DNA from: Sphingomonas sp.
Lineage (GTDB): Bacteria; Pseudomonadota; Alphaproteobacteria; Sphingomonadales; Sphingomonadaceae
Assembly (NCBI GenBank): GCA_050247295.1
Contig: JBFWUJ010000003.1
Span: forward strand, 1 to 59,399
Length of the DNA stretch: 59,399 nucleotides
Direction of reading: 5' to 3'
Shown: positions 41,533 through 52,988 of the stretch, in pieces
Layout: every line of letters starts with the position of its first letter
Numbering within the stretch: position 1 is the first letter of the stretch
Program-made: the position numbers and the translations under genes
Notes under the pieces: model-generated
Told to the model about the DNA's origin: nothing
What the model saw: only the letters and a program-made list of their open reading frames with translations
Databases searched by the model: none

Positions 41533-43161
41533 ATGAACGGCGTTGGACAATCTCCCATCGGAAGACTGAAGCACGTGCTTGCCGCCCGATGGAGCGCGGC
41601 ATCGACCGGCCTCAAGATGTTCGTGATCATGAGCCTTGGGCTGCTTCCCCTGGGGGTGATCGCGATCGCGGCCTCGTTCGAGAATGCTCGAGACAACCGT
41701 GCCCGGGTCGAGGCGGAGGCCCGGGCGGTGCTGGCGGTGCAAATTCAGCGTTTCACCCTGCCGCTCGCCCGCCACGCCTACACGCTGCGCGCCGCGCGCG
41801 ATGCCCTGCCGGCACAGGGCCTTTCGGAGGAAGCCTGTCGACGAACGCTCGCCCGGCTCGCGGCCCTGCCCGCGAGCGGCAGTCGCTTCGCCCTGTATAG
41901 CGCCGATGGCGCGCTACGCTGCGTATCGAGCGGCTATGTGCCACCGGCGGGTCCGGCCGTGCAGGGCCAGTCGGCGCTGGCCGAGATCACGGCCGACGGC
42001 CAATGGCTCCGGTTCTTTCTCTACGATCAGGTCGGCGCCCTCGAGGCGATATTCCAGGTTCCGCGCGAGACCCTGGCCGCGCTGACGAACAGCCCGGCGT
42101 CGCCGGAAAATTTCGGCGTCGAACTGGTGCAAGGCGAACGGGTGCTTGTCCTGAGACAGCGCGAGGACGGCCCCACGCTTGCCGGCGAGGTCACGGTGAC
42201 GCAGCCGCTCGCCAACGATCAATATGAGATGCGGGTTCACCGCGACATTCCCCCAGTGACGTTAAGCGACGCCCTCATCATCGTCACACCCCTGCTGATG
42301 TGGCTCTGGGCTTCGGCGATTGGCTGGCTGCTGGTGAGGCACCTCCTGCTCCGACCGTTGAAGCGCATCCAGCGTGCGATCTCCGCGTACCAGCCCGGCG
42401 ACCGGCCGCTCGCCTTGGCGCCGGTCCGCAGCCCGGCGCACGAGATCGACGCGCTGGCTCAATCCTTCGACACGATGACGCAAACGGTCGCCGGCCACGA
42501 GGCCGATCTGGAGGCAGCCCTGCTGCGCCAGGTCCTCCTCGTGCGCGAAGTCCACCACCGGGTGAAGAACAACCTGCAGGTCGTCTCGTCGCTGCTCAAC
42601 ATCCACGCTCGAGGCGCAACGGACGATTCAGCCGCCTCTGCCTATGCCGCGATCCAGCGCCGGGTCGACGCGCTCGCGATCGTCCACCGCAATCACTATG
42701 CGGAGCTTGAGGACAATCGCGGCGTCGCACTGCGGCCCCTGGTCTCCGAGCTTGCCGCCAATCTTCGCGCGTCAGCGCCGCGGGACGCCGCCGGCGTCCA
42801 GATCCTGCACGATGTCGATCCGGTACATGTCAGCCAGGACGTTGCCGTTTCGATCGCCTTTCTGGTGACCGAGGTCGCCGAGTTCGGGATGCTCTGCGGC
42901 GCGTCGGCCATCTCGATCTCGATCGAGCGCCAGCCGCCGGCCGCCGCGCGGCTGGCAATCGAAGCGGACAATCCCGGCGGCGGGCCGGCCTGCGACCAGG
43001 CGCTTATCGACCGTTTCGATCGGGTAATTGCGGGATTGGCGCGGCAGCTTCGCTCGGCGCTCGAACATGATGTCGGGCAAGGACTCTATGCGGTGGTCGT
43101 GCCGGTGGTCCCGGATATCGATGCGGCTGGCGACCAAGCGCCGGCCGAGCCGCGTGCCTAA
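41533..43161 (+). CDS. HisKA_2 sensor with degenerate ATPase domain, PhyP-like phosphatase
   Basis: Two TM segments, HAMP-like linker, EVHHRVKNNLQ; no canonical N box or G1 box; directly downstream of nepR. Confidence 0.85.
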   Translation: MNGVGQSPIGRLKHVLAARWSAASTGLKMFVIMSLGLLPLGVIAIAASFENARDNRARVEAEARAVLAVQIQRFTLPLARHAYTLRAARDALPAQGLSEEACRRTLARLAALPASGSRFALYSADGALRCVSSGYVPPAGPAVQGQSALAEITADGQWLRFFLYDQVGALEAIFQVPRETLAALTNSPASPENFGVELVQGERVLVLRQREDGPTLAGEVTVTQPLANDQYEMRVHRDIPPVTLSDALIIVTPLLMWLWASAIGWLLVRHLLLRPLKRIQRAISAYQPGDRPLALAPVRSPAHEIDALAQSFDTMTQTVAGHEADLEAALLRQVLLVREVHHRVKNNLQVVSSLLNIHARGATDDSAASAYAAIQRRVDALAIVHRNHYAELEDNRGVALRPLVSELAANLRASAPRDAAGVQILHDVDPVHVSQDVAVSIAFLVTEVAEFGMLCGASAISISIERQPPAAARLAIEADNPGGGPACDQALIDRFDRVIAGLARQLRSALEHDVGQGLYAVVVPVVPDIDAAGDQAPAEPRA

Positions 43162-43318
43162 GCGGGAATCGGCGCCAATGCGACGACCATGCTGGCGAAC
43201 AGGACGAGGAGGACGAGCCGGACCATGGCCCCGGGTGACCGATCGCGGCGGGTAAGTCGAGGCGGGAACGAGGTTAACAAAATGCCGCCCCGAAACGGGA
43301 CGTGTGCACCTTGAACCC

Positions 43319-45928
43319 TTAGTCCAGATTGGGCCGCAACCAGCGCTCGGCCTGCTCGACGGTGGCGCCGCGCCGGGCGGCATAATCCTCAAGCTGGTCG
43401 CGGCCGATCCGGGCGACGCCGAAATATTGGCTGTCGCGATGGCCGAAATAGAATCCGGACACCGCCGACGTCGGCAGCATCGCGAAATTCTCCGTCAGCG
43501 TGACGCCGGCCGGACCTTCGTTCGAACCCTCTCCCCCCAACATGTGGAACAAGCACGGCTTCAGGCTGTGGTCCGGGCAGGCCGGATAGCCGGGCGCGGG
43601 GCGGATGCCGGCATAGGTCTCCCGGATCAGGTCGGCGTTGGTGAAATGCTCCTCCGGCGCATAGCCCCAGATCGAGTTGCGGACGTGGGCATGGAGCGTT
43701 TCGGCGAAGCTTTCCGCCAGCCGGTCGGCGAGCGCCTTCAGCAGGATGTCCGAATAATCGTCATTCTGCGTCTTGAAACGCGCCAGGTGGGGCTCAATGC
43801 CGTGGATGCCGACCGCGAAGCCGCCGATCCAGTCCTCCTCATCGGGATCGATGAAGTCGGCGAGGCACATATTGGCCCGACCCTCCCGCTTCTTCACCTG
43901 CTGGCGAAGGAAAGCGAGCTTCGTCTCCTCGTTGCGGGCAAGCACATGGACGTCGTCGCCGTCGCGGCGACAGCGCCACAGGCCGACGGTCGCGCGCGCC
44001 GTCAGCCAATGCTCGGCGATGATCCGTTCGAGCATCGCCTGCGCATCGGCGAACAGGCTGCGGGCGCTCTCCCCGACGATCGGATCATCGAGAATGCCGG
44101 GATAGGTGCCGGCCAGCTCCCAGGCGCGAAAGAACGGCGTCCAGTCGATACTGTCCCTGAGCTCGCGGAGCGGCCAATCGTTGAAGCTCTGTACGCCCGG
44201 GCGCCGCGGCGGCGGCGCCTTGCCCGTGGGATCGTACGCGAAACCGTTGGCGCGCGCCTCGGCCAGCGTCGCGAGCTCGCTCGCTCCCTTGTTGGCGCGG
44301 GCGATGCGGACGGCGTCATAATCTTCGGCCGTTTTCGCGACCAAGGCCCCCTTCTGGGTATCCGAGACCAGGCTGGAAGCGACGCCGACCGCACGGCTGG
44401 CGTCGAGGACATGGATGACCGGCCCCTGATAGGCCGGGTCGATTCGGAGCGCGGTATGGACCTTGCTCGTCGTCGCGCCGCCGATCAGCAGCGGCAGCGT
44501 CATCTGTTCGCGCTGCATCTCCTCGGCGACCGTCACCATCTCGTCGAGCGACGGCGTGATCAGGCCGGAGAGACCGATCAGGTCGGCCTGATTATCGTTC
44601 GCGGCCTTCAAGATGTCCTGCCAGGGCACCATGACCCCCAGATCGATGATCTCGAAGCCGTTGCACTGCAGGACGACGCCGACGATATTCTTGCCGATAT
44701 CGTGGACGTCGCCCTTCACGGTCGCCATCACGACCCGGCCCTTGCCCTTCGCGCCCTCCTCCTTCTCCGCCTCGATATAGGGGAGAAGGTGGGCGACCGC
44801 CTTCTTCATCACCCGCGCCGATTTCACCACCTGCGGCAGGAACATCTTGCCCGATCCGAACAGGTCGCCGACGACGTTCATGCCGTCCATCAGCGGACCT
44901 TCGATCACGTCGATCGGCCGAGCGGCCGTGAGGCGGCACTCTTCGGTATCCTCGACGACATAGGCGTCGATACCTTTCACCAGAGCATGCTCGAGCCGCT
45001 TGCCCACGTCCCAGCCGCGCCATTCGGCCTCGGCCTTCTCTCGCACCGGATCGCTACCGAGATACTTTTCCGCCAGCATCACCAGCCGCTCGGTCGCATC
45101 ATCGCGGCGGTTGAGGATCACGTCCTCGCACGCCTCGCGCAGTTCCGGATCGATCGTGTCGTAAACATCCAACTGGCCGGCATTGACGATCGCCATGTCG
45201 AGTCCGGCCGGAATGGCGTGGTAAAGAAAGATCGAGTGCATGGCGCGGCGCACCGGCTCGTTGCCGCGGAACGAGAAGCTGAGGTTCGAAAGCCCGCCCG
45301 AGATATGCGCGCCGGGGCAGCGTTGGCGGATGACCTTGCAAGCCTCGATGAAATCGACCGCATAATTGCGGTGCTCCTCGATCCCGGTCGCGACCGCGAA
45401 GATGTTGGGATCGAAGATGATGTCCTCCGGCGGGAAACCGTCGGCGACCAGCAGATCGTAGGCGCGCGCGCAGATCTCGACCTTCCGGGCCGCCGTGTCG
45501 GCCTGGCCGGTCTCGTCGAAAGCCATGACGACGACCGCCGCGCCATAATCGCGCACCTTGCGCGCAAGGTGCAGGAATTCCTCCTCGCCTTCCTTCATGC
45601 TGATCGAATTGACGATCGGCTTGCCTGACACGCATTTCAGCCCCGCCTCGATCACCGCCCATTTCGAGCTGTCGACCATCACCGGCACCCGGGCGATGTC
45701 CGGCTCGGCGGCGATCAACTTGAGGTAGGTGGTCATCGCCAGCTCGGCGTCGAGCAAGCCTTCGTCCATGTTGACGTCGATCACCTGGGCCCCGCTCTCG
45801 ACCTGCTGGCGGGCGACCTCGACGGCGGCGGCATAGTCGCCCGCCATGACCAGCTTCTTGAACCGGGCGGAGCCGGTAACGTTGGTGCGTTCGCCGATAT
45901 TGACGAACGTCGCGCGATTGTCGGTCAT
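43319..45928 (-). CDS. metH: B12-dependent methionine synthase, pterin/cobalamin/AdoMet-activation portion
   Basis: [39 protein letters not shown]. Confidence 0.96.
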   Translation of the reverse strand: MTDNRATFVNIGERTNVTGSARFKKLVMAGDYAAAVEVARQQVESGAQVIDVNMDEGLLDAELAMTTYLKLIAAEPDIARVPVMVDSSKWAVIEAGLKCVSGKPIVNSISMKEGEEEFLHLARKVRDYGAAVVVMAFDETGQADTAARKVEICARAYDLLVADGFPPEDIIFDPNIFAVATGIEEHRNYAVDFIEACKVIRQRCPGAHISGGLSNLSFSFRGNEPVRRAMHSIFLYHAIPAGLDMAIVNAGQLDVYDTIDPELREACEDVILNRRDDATERLVMLAEKYLGSDPVREKAEAEWRGWDVGKRLEHALVKGIDAYVVEDTEECRLTAARPIDVIEGPLMDGMNVVGDLFGSGKMFLPQVVKSARVMKKAVAHLLPYIEAEKEEGAKGKGRVVMATVKGDVHDIGKNIVGVVLQCNGFEIIDLGVMVPWQDILKAANDNQADLIGLSGLITPSLDEMVTVAEEMQREQMTLPLLIGGATTSKVHTALRIDPAYQGPVIHVLDASRAVGVASSLVSDTQKGALVAKTAEDYDAVRIARANKGASELATLAEARANGFAYDPTGKAPPPRRPGVQSFNDWPLRELRDSIDWTPFFRAWELAGTYPGILDDPIVGESARSLFADAQAMLERIIAEHWLTARATVGLWRCRRDGDDVHVLARNEETKLAFLRQQVKKREGRANMCLADFIDPDEEDWIGGFAVGIHGIEPHLARFKTQNDDYSDILLKALADRLAESFAETLHAHVRNSIWGYAPEEHFTNADLIRETYAGIRPAPGYPACPDHSLKPCLFHMLGGEGSNEGPAGVTLTENFAMLPTSAVSGFYFGHRDSQYFGVARIGRDQLEDYAARRGATVEQAERWLRPNLD

Positions 45929-45932
45929 GATG

Positions 45933-46979
45933 TCAGGCAGCGAGCGTCATCGGCTCAAGACCGGCGAGCCGCGTCGCGCGCGGCGGGTTGGCGATCCGGC
46001 GCGGCGTCTTGCCAGCGACCGCCTTCGCCATCGCCGCGATATGGGCCGGCGTCGAGCCGCAACAGCCGCCGATTATGTTGACCCAGCCCGCCTCGGCCCA
46101 TTCCTTGAGCAGGGCGGCGGTCTGCTCCGGCAGCTCGTCATATTCCCCAAGCTCGTTCGGGAGACCGGCATTCGGATAGGCCATGATCAGGGTGTCGGCG
46201 ATGCCGGACAGCGCCTGCACATGCGGCCGCAATTGCTGCGCGCCGAACGAGCAATTGAGGCCGATCGTCACCGGATCGGCGTGACGGACGGCGTGCCAAA
46301 AGGCCTCGACCGTGTGACCGGAGAGGTTGCGCCCGCTGAGATCGGTCAGCGTCATCGAGATCATCAGCGGCACGTCGCGGCCGAGGGAGGCCGCGGCTTC
46401 CTTGGCCGCCATGATCCCGGCCTTGGCATTCAGCGTGTCGAAGATCGTCTCGATCAGGATGAAATCGACGCCGCCCTCCAGCAGGGCATCCGTCTGCTCG
46501 CGATAGACCTGCTTGAGCCCATCGAAGTCGATCTCGCGAAAGCCGGGATCATTGACGTCGGGCGAGAGCGAGAGTGTCTTATTGGTCGGCCCGATCGCGC
46601 CGGCGACGAAGCGTGGACGGCCATCCTTCGCCGCGAAATCGTCCGCCGCCCCGCGCGCGATGCGGGCCGAGGCGAGGTTGATCTCGGCGACAAGATGCTC
46701 GGCGCCATAATCGGCCTGGCTGATCGTGTTGGCGCTGAACGTGTTGGTCGAAACGATGTCGGACCCGGCCGCCAGATAGGCGCGGGTGATCGCCTCGACC
46801 ACGTCCGGCCGGGTGATCGCAAGGATATCGTTGTTGCCCCTCTGGTCGCGAGCGAGGTCGAGCGACCTTCGATAATCGGCTTCGGTCAGCTTGCGATTCT
46901 GGATTTCGGTCCCGAATGCGCCATCGGTGAGCAGGATGCGCTCGGCGGCGGCGGCGTTCAGTCTTTCGCGCGCGCTCAT
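45933..46979 (-). CDS. homocysteine-binding domain of split methionine synthase
   Basis: [25 protein letters not shown] Zn ligands. Confidence 0.94.
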   Translation of the reverse strand: MSARERLNAAAAERILLTDGAFGTEIQNRKLTEADYRRSLDLARDQRGNNDILAITRPDVVEAITRAYLAAGSDIVSTNTFSANTISQADYGAEHLVAEINLASARIARGAADDFAAKDGRPRFVAGAIGPTNKTLSLSPDVNDPGFREIDFDGLKQVYREQTDALLEGGVDFILIETIFDTLNAKAGIMAAKEAAASLGRDVPLMISMTLTDLSGRNLSGHTVEAFWHAVRHADPVTIGLNCSFGAQQLRPHVQALSGIADTLIMAYPNAGLPNELGEYDELPEQTAALLKEWAEAGWVNIIGGCCGSTPAHIAAMAKAVAGKTPRRIANPPRATRLAGLEPMTLAA

Positions 46980-47914
46980 GCCGCCTGCTCCTTCGGCCGA
47001 TCCTTGGGCCGCATGCCCAGCAGGTGGCAGATCGCGTAGCTCAGCTCGGCCCGGTTCAGGGTGTAGAAGTGGAAATGGCGGACGTCTTCGGCATAGAGCC
47101 GGGCGCAGAGCTCCGCCGCCACCGTGGCCGCGACCAGCTTGCGGGCGTCGGGCAGGTCATCCAGCCCCTCGAACAGCCGGTCCATCCACGGCGGGATGGC
47201 CGCACCGCACTGGCTGGCGAACTTGCGCGTCTGGGCAACGTTGGAGACCGGCAGGATGCCGGGCACGATCTCCGCGTCGATGCCCGCCGCCGCCGCCTCG
47301 TCTCGAAAGCGCAGGAAGCAATCCGGCGAGAAAAAGAACTGGCTGATCGCCCGGTCCGCGCCGGCATCGACCTTGCGCTTGAGATTGTCGAGATCGGCGA
47401 CGCGGGTGGCTGAATCCGGATGACATTCCGGATAGGCGGCGACCGAGATTTCGAACGGCGCCACCCGCTTCAGGCCGGCGACCAGATCGGCGGCGTCGGC
47501 ATAGCCACCCGGCGGCGACTGAAACCGCGCGCCCGGCTCCGGCGGATCGCCGCGCAACGCCACGATATGGCGCACGCCGACTTCCCAATAAGCACGGGCG
47601 ACCGCGTCGATCTCTTCCCTGGTCGCGGCGACGCAGGTCAGATGGGCCGCCGCCGTGAGGCTGGTCTCGCGGACGATCCTGGTCACCGTCGCGTGCGTGC
47701 GTTCGCGGGTCGAACCGCCCGCGCCATAAGTGACCGAGACGAAGCGGGGACCGAGGGGCGCCAGCATCTGGATCGAATCCCAGAGCACGGCTTCCATCTT
47801 CTCGGTCTTCGGCGGGAAGAATTCGAAGCTGACCGCAATATCGCCGGTCGTATCCTCGAACAGCGGCCGCGGGTTGCGCAGGGCCCGGGTCAGAGCGGGG
47901 GCGGCCGGGCTCAC
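46976..47914 (-). CDS. metF: 5,10-methylenetetrahydrofolate reductase
   Basis: SFEFFPPK, SVTYGAGGS, AHLTCV, ALRGD, HFYTLNR. Confidence 0.96.
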   Translation of the reverse strand: MSPAAPALTRALRNPRPLFEDTTGDIAVSFEFFPPKTEKMEAVLWDSIQMLAPLGPRFVSVTYGAGGSTRERTHATVTRIVRETSLTAAAHLTCVAATREEIDAVARAYWEVGVRHIVALRGDPPEPGARFQSPPGGYADAADLVAGLKRVAPFEISVAAYPECHPDSATRVADLDNLKRKVDAGADRAISQFFFSPDCFLRFRDEAAAAGIDAEIVPGILPVSNVAQTRKFASQCGAAIPPWMDRLFEGLDDLPDARKLVAATVAAELCARLYAEDVRHFHFYTLNRAELSYAICHLLGMRPKDRPKEQAA

Positions 47915-48864
47915 GCGACTTCCTTGAGCCGTTCCGCCGGCTGCCTGCCGACCCAGATCGTGACCGTGAGCTCGCCGCCTTCCAGATGCTCGAACACCTC
48001 GCCATCGAGACCCGCCGCGCTGAGCCAGCCGGTCACCGCTTCGTCGGAGAAGCCGAGCCGGGCATGAGCATCGCGGCTGCGCAACTCCTCACGGTCGTGC
48101 GGCGCGAAATCGGCGATCAGCAGCCGGCCCCCGGGCGCCAGCAGCCGCGCTGCCTCGGCCACCGCCGCGGCCGGGTTGTGGGCGTAGTGGAGCACCTGGT
48201 GAACGATGACCGTGTCGGCGGCGCCGGACGGCAGCGGCAGCGCATACATGTCGCCCTGCCGCAGCTCCGCGGTCAGCCCGGCTTCGGCCAGCTTGGCCCG
48301 GGCGAGCCGCAGCATTTCCGGCGAACGATCGACGCCGAGCGCATGGTCGGCGGCCGGCGCGAACAATTCGATCATCCGCCCGGTGCCGGTGCCGATGTCG
48401 ATGAGCCGGCCGATCGCGCCGTCGCCGAGCGCCCGCGCAATCGCCGCCTCGACCTCGCTTTCGGCGATGTGCAGCGAGCGCAGCGCATCCCACTCCCCGG
48501 CATGGGCGGCAAAATAGGCCTGCGCCGCGGCGGCGCGATCGGCCCGAACGGCGGCCAGCCGGGCGGCGTCGGCGGCGAGCCATGGATTATCGCCGTCGAT
48601 CTCGGCCCAGCGATCGAGCAGCTGGAACAAGGGCTCCGTGCGGGCGCGATCGCCGAGGCTGACGAAGACCCAGCTCCCTTCCTTGCGCCGCTCCGCAAGC
48701 CCGGCGTCGATCAGAATCCGGACGTGACGGGAAACCCGCGGCTGACTCTGCCCCAGCACCTGCGCGATCTCCCCCACGGAAAGCTCCATCGCGCTCAGCA
48801 GCGCGACGATCCGCAACCGGGTCTGATCGGCCAGCGCAGCGAAAATGGCGGAAGGGAAACTCAT
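47911..48864 (-). CDS. sahR: ArsR-HTH plus SAM-methyltransferase-fold regulator (SahR-type)
   Basis: ALADQTRLRI..SQPRVSRH HTH fused to a DIGTGTG methyltransferase fold; heads the metF-metH operon. Confidence 0.85.
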   Translation of the reverse strand: MSFPSAIFAALADQTRLRIVALLSAMELSVGEIAQVLGQSQPRVSRHVRILIDAGLAERRKEGSWVFVSLGDRARTEPLFQLLDRWAEIDGDNPWLAADAARLAAVRADRAAAAQAYFAAHAGEWDALRSLHIAESEVEAAIARALGDGAIGRLIDIGTGTGRMIELFAPAADHALGVDRSPEMLRLARAKLAEAGLTAELRQGDMYALPLPSGAADTVIVHQVLHYAHNPAAAVAEAARLLAPGGRLLIADFAPHDREELRSRDAHARLGFSDEAVTGWLSAAGLDGEVFEHLEGGELTVTIWVGRQPAERLKEVA

Positions 48865-48874
48865 AGGTTTCTAG

Positions 48875-48894
48875 ATATAAAGATATCTTTATAT
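48875..48894. promoter_or_regulatory. perfect 20-bp palindromic operator ATATAAAGATATCTTTATAT
   Basis: AT-rich perfect inverted repeat 11 nt upstream of the sahR start, next to a minus-strand TTGACG at 48901-48896. Confidence 0.85.
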
Positions 48895-49001
48895 GCGTCA
48901 ATTGTGGAGTTGACGAGGTCTTCTCCGACATCTGCCGGGTGGACTCGCGGGCGCGGAAAGCGGATGGTGCGGCCTCTTCGCGAACAGCGGGAATCTGCCT
49001 C

Positions 49002-49883
49002 ATGCGTGCCGCCTCGACCTCATTACTCGCGCTTGCCCTTGCGCTGGGCACGGTGCAGGCGACCGCCCAATCGGGCGACGAGGAGAGCGCCGACGCGCGC
49101 TGGGAGCGGCTGCAGGCGGAGCGGGCCGCCGATGCGGCGCGCCAGCGCGAGGCGCAGGAGAGTTACGAGCAGGGGGTGCGCGACGCCGATGCGGCCCGCG
49201 CCCGCTACGAGGCCGACATGGCCCGTCACCGGCAGGAGGTGGAGCGCGCCCGCGCCGCCCAAGCCGAATATGAGCGCCAGCGCGCCGATTATGACGGCGG
49301 GACATCCAGCCGATCCGCCGGCGCTTCCGGCCGCTCTGTCGATAATCCGCCGCCCAGCCGCGAAACCGCGCGGCGCGACCGTGGCCGGGAACGTGAGGCG
49401 CGGGACGAGAATCGACGCTGCGAACGCAGAGCGCGCCGCCGCGGCCGTCTGATCGGCGGTCTGATCGGCGGCGTCGCCGGCGGCCTGATCGGACGCCGCA
49501 CCAACAACCCCGCCGCCGCTCTCGCTGCGGCGCTTCCCGTGTCGCTGCTGCTCGGCGAGGCGATCAGCCGGCTGCTGGACTGCCGGGAACGGGAACAGGC
49601 GGCAGAGGCGACCGAGCAGGTGATCGAGCAGGTGGCCTCCGCGCCGCCCGCGGCTGAGACGCAAGGCGGCAACGCTCAACGCGGGGTGGGAACGACCGTC
49701 ACGTGGCAGAGCGAAACCCGGCCCGGCGTCACCGGATCATCGACCGTCACCGCGCTGGAGCAGGAGCCCGGAGGCGGCGCATGCATGACCGTCACCGATA
49801 TCATCATCGTTGACGGGCAGGAGACGCGCGCGCCCAAACGAATGTGTCGCCGGCCGCCTTCGCAGCGATTCGTCCGGGTTTAG
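49002..49883 (+). CDS. exported coiled-coil plus glycine-zipper protein with 17-kDa surface-antigen-like C-terminus
   Basis: Signal peptide, Ala/Arg/Glu coiled coil, GLIGGVAGGLIG, C-terminal WQSETRPG..C...C. Confidence 0.7.
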   Translation: MRAASTSLLALALALGTVQATAQSGDEESADARWERLQAERAADAARQREAQESYEQGVRDADAARARYEADMARHRQEVERARAAQAEYERQRADYDGGTSSRSAGASGRSVDNPPPSRETARRDRGREREARDENRRCERRARRRGRLIGGLIGGVAGGLIGRRTNNPAAALAAALPVSLLLGEAISRLLDCREREQAAEATEQVIEQVASAPPAAETQGGNAQRGVGTTVTWQSETRPGVTGSSTVTALEQEPGGGACMTVTDIIIVDGQETRAPKRMCRRPPSQRFVRV

Positions 49884-50083
49884 GGCCGATCAAAAAGCTG
49901 AAGCCGGCCAATGGCTTCGTTTCGGCACGGACGAAAATCAACCGAATCAGTAGAGAAATGCTGGACTCGGTCCCAATCATCACATAAACCGGGCGCTTCG
50001 CCGGAATTTCCGGAGGGCGCCAGCCCGATGGAGCGATGGCGAAATTGAACACCTCGCTCTATCAATTATTGAAGGGAATATCC

Positions 50084-50344
50084 GTGAAGAAGATCGCCAT
50101 CTCGCTGGTCGCTCTCTCCGCGCTCAGCCTCGCCGCTTGCGGCGGCACGACCACCACCGCCACCAACAACCTGGCCGCCGACACGCAGAACGTGATCGAC
50201 CAGGCCAATAGCGACATCGCCAACGCCCAGGCGACCGCCACCAACGCGCTCGACGCGATGGAAGGCGCGACCCAGAACGCCGCCGACGCGGCTGACGCGG
50301 CGATCGCCAACGCTTCGGATGCGGCGCAGAACGCCGTCCGCTAA
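50084..50344 (+). CDS. Ala/Asn/Asp-rich small lipoprotein
   Basis: GTG start, KKIAISLVALSALSLAAC lipobox, low-complexity helical tail. Confidence 0.85.
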   Translation: MKKIAISLVALSALSLAACGGTTTTATNNLAADTQNVIDQANSDIANAQATATNALDAMEGATQNAADAADAAIANASDAAQNAVR

Positions 50345-50368
50345 GCCTCGCGCTTAACGGCAGAAGTG

Positions 50369-50401
50369 GGGCCGCGCACCTTCGGGTGCGCGGCCCTTTT
50401 T
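50369..50401 (+). terminator. strong intrinsic terminator
   Basis: 12-bp perfect stem GGGCCGCGCACC-TTCG-GGTGCGCGGCCC followed by TTTTT. Confidence 0.9.
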
Positions 50402-50432
50402 CTTTGCCCGGCACCGGGCTAGTTTCGGCGTC

Positions 50433-50618
50433 ATGAAAAGCTCCACCGCCTTGGCCCTTGCGCTCGGCTTGGCCCTCGCCGCCTGCGGCGAGCCGGAGCA
50501 GCGCGGCGGCCTGTCGCCCGACGAGCAGCAGCAGCTCGAAAACGCCGCCAGGATGCTCGACGACAACAGTGCCCTCGATACGTCCGGCGGCCCGGAGACG
50601 ACGGCGAACGCGCAATAG
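50433..50618 (+). CDS. small lipoprotein (61 aa)
   Basis: MKSSTALALALGLALAAC lipobox; GGLSPDEQQQLENAARMLD. Confidence 0.75.
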   Translation: MKSSTALALALGLALAACGEPEQRGGLSPDEQQQLENAARMLDDNSALDTSGGPETTANAQ

Positions 50619-50650
50619 AAAAGGGCCGGAGCGTCGCCGCCCCGGCCCTC
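50619..50650 (-). terminator. groEL terminator
   Basis: AGGGCCGG/CCGGCCCT stem with a flanking A-tract. Confidence 0.7.
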
Positions 50651-50672
50651 TTCATTGCAACCGGACGGGGAC

Positions 50673-52331
<1,659 letters not shown>

Positions 52332-52349
52332 CTAGATGCCTGATGGGGT

Positions 52350-52637
52350 TCAGCCGACGATCCCGAGGATGTCGCTTTCCTTCATGATGATGAGGTCCTC
52401 ACCGTCGATCTTGACCTCGGTGCCCGACCACTTGCCGAACAGGATCTTGTCGCCGGCCTTGACGTCGAGCGGGGTGACGGTGCCGTCCTCGGCCTTGGCG
52501 CCACCACCGACGGCGACGACCTCGCCCTCCTGCGGCTTTTCCTTGGCGGTATCGGGGATGATGATCCCGCCGGCCGTCTTCTCCTCGGCCTCGACGCGGC
52601 GGACGAGCACGCGATCGTGCAACGGACGAAACTTCAT
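52350..52637 (-). CDS. groS: co-chaperonin GroES
   Basis: [23 protein letters not shown]. Confidence 0.99.
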   Translation of the reverse strand: MKFRPLHDRVLVRRVEAEEKTAGGIIIPDTAKEKPQEGEVVAVGGGAKAEDGTVTPLDVKAGDKILFGKWSGTEVKIDGEDLIIMKESDILGIVG

Positions 52638-52698
52638 GCGTTCACCTTTCCTCATGGCAGGCGGCGCGATCGATCGCCCGCCTCTTTCGATAAAGCTG

Positions 52699-52725
52699 TT
52701 GGCACTCATTGAAGGCGAGTGCCAA
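52699..52725. promoter_or_regulatory. CIRCE element (HrcA operator)
   Basis: TTGGCACTC-N9-GAGTGCCAA upstream of groES. Confidence 0.93.
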
Positions 52726-52734
52726 TGCGCGCCG

Positions 52735-52762
52735 ATTTAGGGACTGGGGCAGAAGCGTCAAG
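52735..52762 (-). promoter_or_regulatory. RpoH (sigma32)-like promoter of groESL
   Basis: CTTGAC-N14-CCCTAAAT just upstream of CIRCE. Confidence 0.65.
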
Positions 52763-52792
52763 CGTCCGGCCCAAAATATAATCGGGCCGCCG

Positions 52793-52818
52793 GTAACCGG
52801 ATCGGGAATTGCGCCGAA
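52793..52818 (+). promoter_or_regulatory. SigF (ECF16)-type promoter GTAACC-N16-CGAA
   Basis: Matches the Caulobacter SigF consensus as I recall it, upstream of a sigma/NrsF pair. Confidence 0.7.
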
Positions 52819-52988
52819 TGAACGGCAGCGGCATCCGGCGGAGCCGCGGTTGCAGGAGCAGGACCATGCGCGATATCCGGTTTGTCGCCCGGTGATCGAA
52901 CGGCCGACACGCTCATGACCCCAGCACCACCCGTGTGCCGGCGGCGGTGGACGGCCGGCGCTCGGGCGGTTCATCATGGCGCCCGCCG

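Noticed and set aside
41089-41775. Apparent N-terminal extension making PhyR 492 aa
   Set aside because: It overlaps nepR and the sensor gene on the other strand; PhyR-like sequence starts at 41088.
43265-43292. GGAAC as another EcfG promoter; likewise GGAAC at 27199
   Set aside because: No CGTT or TGTT at 16-17 nt spacing.
43304-45628. 774-aa plus-strand ORF, and similar shadows at 4478-6265, 9455-11119, 21863-23821, 36556-38130 and 50655-52343
   Set aside because: All are antisense to clearly identified conserved genes.
45925-45940. metH as a frameshifted pseudogene
   Set aside because: The break is at a domain boundary with a clean stop and restart and intact motifs.
49448-49492. Short direct repeats CTGATCGG(CGG)
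   Set aside because: They encode the glycine-zipper GLIGG repeats.
49884-50083. Lower-GC intergenic region as an ncRNA or riboswitch
   Set aside because: No recognisable RNA family; only a short palindrome (CCGGAATTTCCGG). Most simply the lipoprotein promoter.
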